A stretch of DNA of 64,000 nucleotides from Tubiluchus corallicola. Its lineage: Eukaryota > Animalia > Priapulida. The position numbers were made by a program, and so were the translations under genes. Shown here in pieces: positions 1 to 10,903 of this stretch. Location of the stretch: NCBI GenBank assembly GCA_030141605.1, contig JAQGDQ010000020.1, positions 620,001 to 684,000 on the forward strand, given 5' to 3'. The notes under the pieces are model-generated. The model worked only from the letters and a program-made list of their open reading frames with translations, made no database searches and was not told the origin of the DNA. Each line of letters begins with the position of its first letter. The first letter of the stretch is position 1.

Positions 1-578
1 TACATTTATGCGAATTTTACGAATAGGGTCTGTCCATGAAGCAGGAATTCCACTAGACTAACGTCCGAGCACTCACATTGGATTCCCCGGCAATGGGATG
101 CAACTAAAATTCCGTTCATAATTGAGGCAAGTATACAGGCAAGTAAGAAAGCAGGCAACTTCTAAATTAAAATTAACCTTAATTTTATAAAACAAAAAGC
201 GGTTTCAAATTTTTAAAACATTATCTTAAGGTTATCGTAACGATATGCGCATTTCCGCACAAAAAATCAACACATGATAATAAAAGCGAAGTCGTGTTGC
301 TTGCAGCAACACACATGCACACACCCTACCGTTACTTCATAAATCAACATTCAAACTGGAAATTACTATAATTAATCGCGTTTGATCCATTCTAAGATGG
401 CAACAAAGATGCTTAATCAAACGAGTAAAGTTAAGAAAACTTCGACGACCTTCACATCACAGATGAACTATGTAACGTAATTTTTTGTAATTAACCGTGG
501 TCCGGTTTTCTCGTGACTGACTGTCATATTTGAAAAATAAAGTCTGTTTGTAAAGCCGAGTGAATCCAAGAGAAAACT

Positions 579-587
579 TATATATAA
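579..587 (+). promoter_or_regulatory. Candidate TATA box of paralog A
   Basis: tatatataa ~90 nt upstream of the ATG at 673. The background is AT-rich, so specificity is limited. Confidence 0.4.
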
Positions 588-672
588 GCAACATTGTACA
601 AGAACAAGCAGCCATAATTAATCAATCTATAACCAAACTTGGTCTTGTTTTCTTATTGCTCGACAGTACAAG

Positions 673-3107
673 ATGAAGGTATTCGTATTTTTCCTCTGCA
701 TTACAGTAAGTAGACATATAAATTACAATAGTATAGTAACTAGTTATTTTCGTATATTGTAAAAAAGTTCGTAAGTATTAACATTACAGTTGGTTAGAGC
801 ACAGCGCACATATGGGGTTCGGTATTTCTTGTGTGAAAATGGTTTTATTTTAAATTGACCAATTGAGTAAATGCATTTAATCATTGCTTTTCCAATATAT
901 ACTACTTTATTGTGCCTAATGCAATTTAAGGTCAGGGAAATAACTGCAAGACAAAAGTTGAGCGACACCAAGCATTGTCAGAAAAAGTGACCTCCAGGAG
1001 TACTTCGCGGGGCTGGGGTTCGCTGCTATTTACGTATTTCAGGAAGAGTGTATGTTTGCATCCAGACATGGCTAAGACACCTCTGTCGGTTCCGTCTCTC
1101 ATGTTAGACGTGATAATGAGCTGGGTTCCAGTCACACCACAACCTCGTTCATTAAATAGGCATCCTGTCACTGAGTGCTGAATTACACAAAAAGTTATTT
1201 TTATGTCTTATACGTTTATTGTTTACACAATAATATGGAAAAAATACAGACTGATTTCATGATTTGTAATAAGTAAATATGCGACAAATTTTTACACAGT
1301 TGTTTTTCTTTTCTCACTGAAATTATAATTCGTTGATGAGAGTCGTTTGTTGCCTGTTTGTTCTTTCTATTTTTCACGTGTTTTACAACACCTAGAAAAA
1401 ACTGTGTGCAATTAATCAAACAATTATGCAAACTGCAAGCTCTGTTAAACTCTGCTGTTTCGGACTTCAGGTCACCTTTGCTTATTCCTATGGCGGGCGA
1501 CGAAATAGCCACGACGACAAAGGCGTTTACGCTTGGAATACGTCGACGTCAAGCAATGGGGTCACTCATTTGAAACAGTTCCAGGTATCACCCAGCCAGA
1601 AGTCCAGTAGTACACCATATAAGACATTTGGAAGCCGTGGGCAGCAGCAAAAATCAAATGCTTTTGATGATAACGGGCTGCCCACTAGAGTCCTGGAGCA
1701 TCCCACTGCGCAGTTCCGGTCAGACATCATCCAAGGACAGCTTGCGGATGACGACGAATCATTTAACCTTTATAAAAGAAAACTGTATTACGATATTCCC
1801 AAGGATGAGAAATTCGGATCAAAAGAAGCAGCCATGGCTTACCTGAATGCTGACAAGGACATTCGACAAGATGTCTACCTACGCAAAGCAAGACTGGACA
1901 AATATCAAGGTCCCTTGTGGCGTCATTACCAGAGAAGCGACCTCTATGAGAACAATCCAGAAAGTCGATATTATGGGAATGCCGAGATTGGTAACCATAT
2001 CACTGACTTATCCGGTAGTGGAACGGGAAAGTAAGTACTGTGTTTACTATTTACAATGGGTTGTCATTCTTTAGGGAAGAAATTTGTAATTGTAATGTTT
2101 TGGCGATTTTGTTCACAATCCACTACAGGGAGCAGTTTGCGAATGCATTGTGTCTTTCTGGAAAGCTTACAGTGACTCCAATAATCTCTAAACTAATACG
2201 TCCTTTTACTGTTAAGAATGTATGCTGGGCATAAAGTTTATATGCTTGACGAACCGATTTAAATGAGCATTGCACTTTGTAGTAAAAACAAATGTATCAA
2301 ACATTACATAAACACTTCTTATATTCTGTTTGAAGCTCGTTAACTATATTTTTTATGGTTTAAGCACGGTAACACATCAACTGAGTGTATTCGTTCACCA
2401 CGTAAGTCACCATTTCGTATTTATTTACTGACTGTCAGTTGATTAACTATCAGCTTCACGGCCGCTAAGCTGCTGTTTTGCTGAAACGTTAATTACATTA
2501 CTTTAGCGGCTAAACAACAGGTAGTCATTTTATTGGCCCTGGCTCATCAGTTACTTTGACTAATTACCAACAATCAAACCGTACTCAATGATAACAATTT
2601 TATTGGGTATGCTAATAATTATGTTGAGTAACTTGATCCATTGCCAAGTAGAAGCAGAGATATAGATGCTGGTACTATTTAGTCAAGCGTATTCAGCATG
2701 ATTTGCACTTCATTTTCTTTGTTTGTTGGTTTATCTGTTTGCATTTGTTTGTTCATCCTTCGTGTGCTGCTTACAACTTTAGTGCTTTGCTAACTTATGT
2801 TACATGTTTTACCTTTATTTTCAGTTACCGTAGGCAGTTGAGTTTTCAAAACGGAGAAGAAAATGGAAGCTACGTGAGAGCGATTGATTACAGAAGCAGA
2901 CCAGAGTTTGATGACAAAGATGACGGGGAGATCCTTCCGGATCGCAGCTTTTTCACTAATTACGGCCGTTTTGGTTCAGCGCGTGGAACAAAAACGCATT
3001 CCAGTCAGGCAAAAAAGATAACTTTTGGACTTCCCCATTATGGATCTCTTTCTGATGTGCGTCCAACTGCGAAACGATATACGAAAACTTATTCTAGAAG
3101 ATATTAA
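673..3107 (+). CDS. Secreted protein of unknown family, paralog A (~291 aa, 3 exons)
   Basis: Exons 673-705 (MKVFVFFLCIT, then gtaag donor), 1471-2030 (after ttcag; VTFAYSYGGRR...GSGTG, donor gtaag) and 2825-3107 (after tttcag; NYRRQLSF...YSRRY*). Phases 0 and 2 join in frame. Hydrophobic N-terminus looks like a signal peptide. Gapless ~170-aa alignment with paralog B, about half the residues identical by manual count. Confidence 0.85.
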
Positions 3108-3740
3108 CATGTTTCTTAATTCTCGTTATACTACAAAAACATTTCTTAAAGCGACAGTCACTTGTGCTAGACTGCTAGTACAGATAGAAGTATATGTATC
3201 ATTATTAATATTTTTAGTATAGTTGTTTGTAGCATAGTGAACTTGACGCATTCACTCTAAATTGTGTTGTGGTGTAATGACGTATTGCAAAAAATTTTGA
3301 ATTTTTTTAAAAAAAGCTCCGTGCGTTGCATAAGAAGCTATGGTGCTACAGTAATAGAGTGTACAAAAAACAATATTTATAAGCATAAGTGGTACTTAGA
3401 TTTATTGATTTTACCTGGTTAAGTAAATTACTCTTATTTATAAACTTATATAATATTACATAATAAAGTGAGCATAGTTTTCACTGATATTTGCTGAATG
3501 TAAATTGGCAATTGAGTTTGCTAACATTTTTAAAACAAGAATTTTAACTAAAACATTCTCTGAAAACTCTAATAACACACAAGGCTTAACGGTAAGCAAA
3601 TTACCATACAAATTATTCTTCATACTGTAAAAAACGAATTACTAATAAAAATGTGGAACTATATGAATTTTTCCTGAGAATAGAAAAGTGCTGAACAATA
3701 AAATACGTGCCCTGGTTTGTCTTTCATAATCACACAGCAT

Positions 3741-5211
3741 TTAAATAATATTAGGCGAGCCCAACCGTCTCTCTAATGCCCCAACTCTCTTCAAGTTGCC
3801 AAGATTGGGGATGCCAAATCTGTTAGAGTTGGCAGCAATTTCGGCGGCTTCCGCTTGTTCCTCCTCAGTTGGGAAGCGTCCTCTATTTGTGAAGAACAAC
3901 CGACCAGGAAGGGAAGAGCCATCGTCGTTCTCGTCGAAGCCAGGTCTGTATCTGTAGTCGAGAACTCTGTTGTATTTGCCCGATTCTGGTCCAAGAATAT
4001 AACCAAGGTTTCTGCGGTAGCTGAAAAACATCAGTAATGTAATTTTCTTGTCAAACTATCTACTTTATTTTAGCCGTTTTCTTACATTTCAGTCAAAATG
4101 TCTGAGTTTCACTGTGTTACTTTTTTTACTAACAATTATTTATCCTCAAGTTAGTCGTTTTGCCCCCTGCTGAAGATGCTCTTTGGGTTTAGGTTTAGAC
4201 CTTCAAATTCGTATTGAAAGTGCAATACTTTACAAGCCTACAGAAGGGCTTAGGACATGGAGCTTTCAGTCGGTCCGGCCAACCTGTTTCGCAATACGGT
4301 AATAAATCAACCAAATAAAAAAGTCTATCACTCGATCAATCAATAATTCATTCAATCAACCAATCAGTCAGTCAAAGAAACTGGCTAATCGTCTTATACC
4401 TTCCTACTCCGTGTCCCGTTAAAGCTGTCATGTGTTCTCCTTTCTCCTGATCGCTGAAAAACTGCTGTGCTGGTTTGTTTTCGAATTGTTCCCTCCTTTC
4501 AAACTGTCTCAGATTTGGACCATTGTAATCATCCAGTCTAGCACGGCGGAGATACGTATTGTGGCTAATTTCATCATCAATGTCCTTGTAAGTTGTAGCC
4601 CTCTCCTTGGACTTGAAGCGCTGGTCTTTGGGAATATCATAGTACAGGTTTCGATCAAAAAGGCTGAAGCGTTCGTCTTCGTCGGCAAGTTTTGCTCGTA
4701 CAGTGTCGGACGCATACTCGGCGTCCGGATGTTTTAGAACTCTTTCCGGTAAACCATTGCCCCGCATTTCCGTGTAGTATGATGGGGGCATGTACATAGC
4801 AGACGTGCTTATCTGCAAATACATTTTCCTTTTAGTAGTATAAATAAACTTCGAAATGAGTAAGTAACAGCTAATTAACACACAAGCAAAAATGGTTCAG
4901 GCATTTCAGCATTACGATTTTATCACGGGATTACACGTCAATTGTAAACCGCAATGATGCATTGAATTGCGTTATTTTCATGTAGCAAATACCATGTTTT
5001 ACAGATTTATTTCTGGTCACGATGTTAACTTTTTCAAAACATTTTCAAACCACTGTCAAACATTTTAATAAAATGAAATAAAGTTATAAGTAATTGGCAG
5101 CTAAATTTGTAATATTAAAAGTAACCTAAAATTTAGCTGAACTGGAATAAAAATTGACATAGAAATTTCACTTACCCATAGAAATGCAAAAAGTCCAACA
5201 AAAGCAAGCAT
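3741..5211 (-). CDS. Secreted protein of unknown family, paralog B (~242 aa, 3 exons)
   Basis: Exons 5211-5176 (MLAFVGLFAFLW, donor gtaagt), 4812-4400 (after tttgcag; ISTSAMYMPP...GHGVG, donor gtataa) and 4020-3741 (after ttttcag; SYRRNLGY...SPNII*). Same exon structure and intron phases as paralog A. Shared motifs NGLPxRVLxHP, LYYDIPKD, YLRxARLD, DYRxRP, LPxRxFFTNxGRF. Confidence 0.85.
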
Positions 5212-6559
5212 GATTCCTGTCTTTTTTCTAACTTTGTTCTAACTCAACGTTGTTACCGCTGTCACCTCAGCTAACTGTGATACTGCAGTGATCGGATTTC
5301 ACTTTTATTCTATTTCTCCAAGGCTTGACCTAATTAGTAGTTTTCTATTTGGCATCACGGATGACATCAGATCAACCTGATAAAGTTTGTGGGATGAACT
5401 GAAACAGGGCGATCAAGGTGAACCAGCGTCAGAACCTGGTAATTTCGGGATTCAATTGCAGGAATGACAAACAGGGTATCACTGTTTTCAAACCCGAAAC
5501 TAGCGCGTAATTACAGCTCACTCGTTGGCTGTAATTTTGATCAAATGACAATACATTAATTTGGTGAATTACTTGATGCTGAGGAGCGTTGATTAGGGGG
5601 TCAAAGACCATGGTTTGACCTTTCAGTAAGGCTAAAGGGAAAAGAACTACCCAGCTTACAACTGAGGCCGGTACGAGTTTGGATCGGCATACTGCCCAAC
5701 AGAAAATAAAACGCAGTAACTACAATTTTAACAGCATTGAGATTTTGATGCATTCTTACCAACAGATGGTGATCTAACTTCCTTTATAATGAAATTTCAT
5801 ACTTAGGCACTTGCTGTACAGAATATAAAAACAGTAAATTTTCGCCTTTGTTGCAGACTAAATAGCATTATCATCGTACACATTTATCTTCCACTCAATC
5901 ATAAACTTAAAAGAAGCTGTACTGCTAGTTGGCTATCTAGGAAAATTAAAGATCATTATCTACCAAGGCAGTAGGTTGTATTGAATCTATTTAATATTAC
6001 TTAGCAGTTAATTATATGCTCATGTTGTGTAGAAAATTTTATCTTCATTAGTACTTTCAAACGTCATGCAAAAATTTATTTGCATTTTTTTCAAAAGCAA
6101 AATTTTGTACTTCCTGCCCTTTATGCACGGCAGCATAGATTTTCTTATTACTCTTTTTAGTAATACTGCTTTTCAGATCGCTTTTAAAAATTTTCTTGTT
6201 AATAAAATTTGTTGCATGTATTGCGTTTTCTGCGTTGCCACACTGTAGCAAACTAGACTTTTGTCTATTTACCAGTGATGCCAATAGGTACTTTATTTAA
6301 AGCCATAATTATGTAGTCAGTAGATCAATAATTTTTTCATATAGAGAAACGTCAAGTTTGGTTCATATATCAGGTCCATACCAAGCAGTCGGAAATGAGT
6401 TACTAAGCTAACGTGTGCTAGGGCACTCCATGACAGGTTACCAAATCGTAAATCCTGTAAACGCCTACGAGGTAAAATGGTGATGATTTGGCTGGTTCAA
6501 TTCAGGACTTGCTGGAGGAATTCACCCAACTTCGTCAGTCATCAGTCTCGCTATAAAGT

Positions 6560-7190
6560 TCTGTGTAAAGGTGATCTCAACAAGCTCTTTAATTATGTTC
6601 GAAAGAAACGATGTCGTGCTAATGGGTATCCCCTTTAGAAGACGATACGGCTCTGTTATTACAGATGGCTAAAGCTAAGCCTAAACCCAATCTTTTGACA
6701 AATGCTTTGAATCCCATTTTGTTAAGGATAAAGGAGTGCTATTGTGGAAAGTAAGGTGCCGGTGCATGCATAGTTGACAGTTGTTGATTTCTTGTCAGCT
6801 GCAATTAAAAATGATAAGTGAACTGAAACCAGTGAACTGATGTAAAGAAAAAACTGAATCCGGACGGCATACCGGTGGCATTAAAAAACATGGCGAATAA
6901 TGTATGTGTTCCATTGTTACTTATATTTCAAAAGTCATTTATAGATGGCGTAATACTTGATGTTTGGAAACTGGCTGAAGATATACCTATTTACACAAAG
7001 GGAGATTGGCCAGTATAATACAGGCAAGTATCACTCACGTGTATAAGCCGTAAATTAATGGACATGTATATTGTTGATAGTGCGCTACACCTTTAAAAAA
7101 ACAAAAGATTTATTGTTAAAAGAGCAACATGGCTTTTATCAAAACGATCTCCTACAACTCAATTTCTTGAATGTTTATATGACGTTGGGA
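6560..7190 (+). mobile_element. Degenerate non-LTR retrotransposon fragment (CR1/L2/jockey-like region just upstream of the RT core)
   Basis: Frameshifted remnants of typical motifs: PDGIP (ccggacggcataccg ~6860), WKLA..IPI..KG (~6965-7005), YRQVSLTCISRKLM (~7018-7060), QHGF (~7124). Confidence 0.6.
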
Positions 7191-8584
7191 TTATAATATT
7201 TGACGTCCACAAAACACTAAATAGTTCTCTTTTTTGCAGTAATAGCATATGAGTTTTACTGTAACATTCATAATTATGGCATTTTGGAAATTAAAATGAA
7301 CATTTAAATAAGCATGACTTTTCAGAAATTCTTTAAAGGCCTTATCCTAGTGTTGGATTCGGCTTGTAGAATCTCGGACGGTACCAGCAGTGGGTGCGAA
7401 AAATGGTAGGACTTTATAAACGCATTATTCAATCTTAGTTTAACAATTTGCAACAAATGCTTAACAAGAAATTGTATAATAATACTAGTACGATAATGGT
7501 CATTAACATTTCATACATTTACAAAACAGGGTGTTCAGAAGAAGTTATCAGACGCTTTATATTTTCTTTTCTCTATTCTTTCAACAAAAAAATGTTTGAA
7601 AATAGGCACAGATAAACTTTTTGCCAATTCTTTCAATTGAATTAGACGTGAATCCGAAACGGACTACTACACTAATTGCGTTTGCCATTTTCGCTACTTT
7701 CGTCAAAGCATTTCTGCCGATGACTAACACATGAGTTTCGAACATCAGCAAGTACTACCATTCAAATGTTTGTACTATGACTTCTAATTGTTGTTTCGGG
7801 TTCACGAAGATGCGTTATTTTTGCCTGTTGTAGCCCTGTAAAAATTTTGCATTGTTAAATCCATCAAATCTGTAATGAGTCGAAAGAGCCTCGGAGACGG
7901 AGCCAGTGTCGGTACCTTACATTGAGAAAGCCTCTCCCACCCCATGAGTAGCGAATAAGGGCTGCTGAAAAATTACATTGCTAATAATGAAAAAAATACT
8001 GGTCCATATGCTACTTGAATTACCACTAAACTTCAGATGGTCATCGAAGGAGCTCTTGGCGGATGAGATTTTGCGCTTTACTTTCTAAGGTTACTGTCGT
8101 CAAACAGCAACGGCGGTTCTTGTCAAAGATAAATAAAATAATTGTCAAAGGACCTTTTTGATACATGTAAGGACTTGCTGAGATTGGAGAAAAATTAAAA
8201 AGAAGATTAGAAACCAAAGTGCATAGTGATCTTTGAGACACCCCATAAATAGTTTGTATGGTGGCATTACAAAAACGAAGCTAGAGAAACATGCAAGTCA
8301 TTAAATTTGTCTTGAATAGTTTTATAGGTTTATAGCAATTCAAGAACTCGTTATCAATCGTGTTTAATTGTAACAAATGCTAGGAAACGGGCACGAGAAA
8401 ACACGGGCGAAAATTTATTTTCGGTGAGGAAAAGCTTTTTCTTCTGCTGAACAATACGTCAAGTGTAATGATAACTTTCAAAAATATGCAGATTACAGCT
8501 GCATATACTAAACAATATAATCACAAGGAAAAGCGTATCTGCGGGACCTGACGCAGGTTTATATTACATCTCGCGTACAAACCA

Positions 8585-10340
8585 TTTGAGTACTGGAATC
8601 CATTGATAGTCTATTGGTGATAGCTGAAATCACGCTTTCAGAACATTAGTAAACTTCACAATAATGTTCTTTACACCATGCTGAATAAAAATCAGCCTCT
8701 CTTTCATAATTTTTTGTCATGGACATCACGTAATTTGTCACTCTTAGCTTTTGAAATTGGAGCCGTCTGTAAACGGCGTCCCCAAAGTACCTTTAATTCC
8801 ATTTAAATAACATTTTGAGGGGCGCCCCTAAAATAGCTCCCATATAAATTTATACGACACTTCAGACAACCAGTGAAGGCTAAATTTATAATTTATTTTC
8901 AAATTGGTGCATTTTTTAAAGGTTAAGTATTGCCCTTAATTAAGATACCCAAAAATCAATTTAAATCATATTCTGAGGCAATCAATGAAACTTTAGGAAA
9001 ATGTGTTCTTTACACCTTATTGGATAAAGATTAGTAGTTCTAATAATGAATTTGATGCCCTTAAAGTAAATAAAAATTTTTTAACCTAAATGTACCGTAA
9101 CAGATGACATTTTTAAATATATAGTTACGATTATTCATAGACTACAAGATTTTTCCAGTTGCCTCCTGTGCAGCTGTATGAATAAATCACCCATGTTTAA
9201 CTTTTCAAGAATTTCCGTATCTGGCACTTAGTCCCACAGATAGAGATGATATTATAGTATTGTCAAGATAGCAGAAATTATCAACAATGGGTATATCTAC
9301 TACATTAACCTGGAAAATACTTTGAGTAGGTGAGTCTGAGTGACACATTGTTAACTGTTTGCTTAGAATCAACAGTGATATCAAATTCTTTTGCTGTCAA
9401 AGCGAAAAGCAGTCGAGTAGGTTTTGAAAAGCTCTCTGTGTATTAGCAACGATGACAGTACCATCAGTTCTCTAATTGCTGTTGATTGTGAATTTTGTAA
9501 ACGCCCGCAATCTGGATAAATTGAAAAGTTGACCATCTGGATGTCCTTTTTACACAGTAAGGTGCAAAGAAAACTTTTGCAAAATTTGACAGATATTCTG
9601 AAAGACTGATTTAAATTGATATTGAGACTTTTTAGGGGCGCCCTCTACAAAAAAGCATAATTTGAAGACTTACGAATTAATTATAAATACATATATGTAA
9701 TGTTTATTGTTTATGCGCCATTGATGTTTATTCAGTAAGGAGTGAAGAACATTTTTGCAAAGTTTCATTGATGAGCTCAAAATGTAATTTACATTGAATT
9801 GGGGGGTACTTTTAGGGGCGCCCTTTACAAACGGCTCTGATTTAAAAACTTAAGAATAACTGATGAGTGATTTTCATGATCAAATTCGTTATTTAAGAGC
9901 CACTGATCTTTATTCATAAGAAGTAAAAAATGTTTTCGCAAAGTTTCATTGATATGCTAAAATGTGATTTAAATTGATTAATGGGGTGGAATTTTTTAGG
10001 AGTGCCTTCCACAAATGGCTTTCTCCAATTTAAAAAGCTTATGACTGATTTCCTTTACAAAATTCATTATTTAGGAGCCATTGATGAGCTCAAAATGTTA
10101 TTTACATTGATTTGGGGGTACTTTTAGGGGCGCCCTTTACAAACAGCTCTAATTCAAAAACTTAAGAATTACAAATACGTTATCTCCATGATTAAATTTA
10201 TTATTCAAGAGCCATTGATCTTTATTCAGTAAGGACTAAAGATCCTCCAGTAAGGTAGATCAAAGTTTCTTTTGGGGACGCCTCTACAAACGCCTCCAAT
10301 TAAAAAACTTAAGAGTGACAAACAAGTGATCTCCATTAGG
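8585..10340. mobile_element. Foldback-like element: modular ~170-180-bp repeats in inverted orientation flanking a unique core
   Basis: The right arm (~9560-10340) has about 5 direct copies built around ttttaggggcgccctttacaaacggctc...aaaaacttaag...ttgatctttattcagtaagg...aaagtttcattgat. The left arm (~8585-9080) carries reverse-complement copies (e.g. 8737-8790 vs 10272-10321; 8955-9057 vs 9878-9980). No transposase seen; boundaries approximate. Confidence 0.6.
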
Positions 10341-10903
10341 CTGTCAGTGGATATGCATTTCTCAAGTAGATTTTTGCAGTGCTAAAAAGTAAAAGAAAAA
10401 TGATAGCGAAAATAAAAAAATCGTAAATTAGAAAAATCATTAGATAGAAAAGTCAAAATAATAAGGACGACGTTAGCAAGGCAAGGTAGTCCTGGCAAAG
10501 ACAATAACAAAAAGATAAGAGACAGCAGATCAGATAATAAAGACAAAATATAAAAAAGTGAATTGCAACAAGACAACGGTTTTTAGTCAGCATATTAGTT
10601 TATTTGTTCAAAACACAATGTCATCAAACTGGTAAACATAGAATAGAAGGACATTGAGTTCTTTAGGTTATTGTTTAAAGCAAATTTATTTCTTGATTTT
10701 TGCTTGGTTTATGTAAGACGTATGTCAGTTACAATAAAAATTAATATTATTGTGAAAAGTAATTTAACATTTTTCGTCAGTCTAACATCAGTCTAGAAGC
10801 TCGTTTTGCAGTGCAGCTCGACATGTCTGCGAATTGATACAAAATCATATATAACATGATTTATTTTTAAAATTTCATAATTAATTTTATAATAATGTTC
10901 ATA

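Noticed and set aside
1426-1470. ORF-track N-termini of the paralog and Gfrl fragments (e.g. MQTASSVKLCC, MLISCYLL, MHFIFF, MRNKLL)
   Set aside because: Intronic read-through upstream of splice acceptors, not real starts.
1486-1503. YGG followed by RR resembling an enkephalin start
   Set aside because: Lacks the YGGF core, single copy, and absent from the paralogs.
9560-10340. Regularly spaced repeats suggesting a CRISPR-like array
   Set aside because: The whole ~175-bp units are homologous with no unique spacers, the context is eukaryotic, and there are no cas genes.
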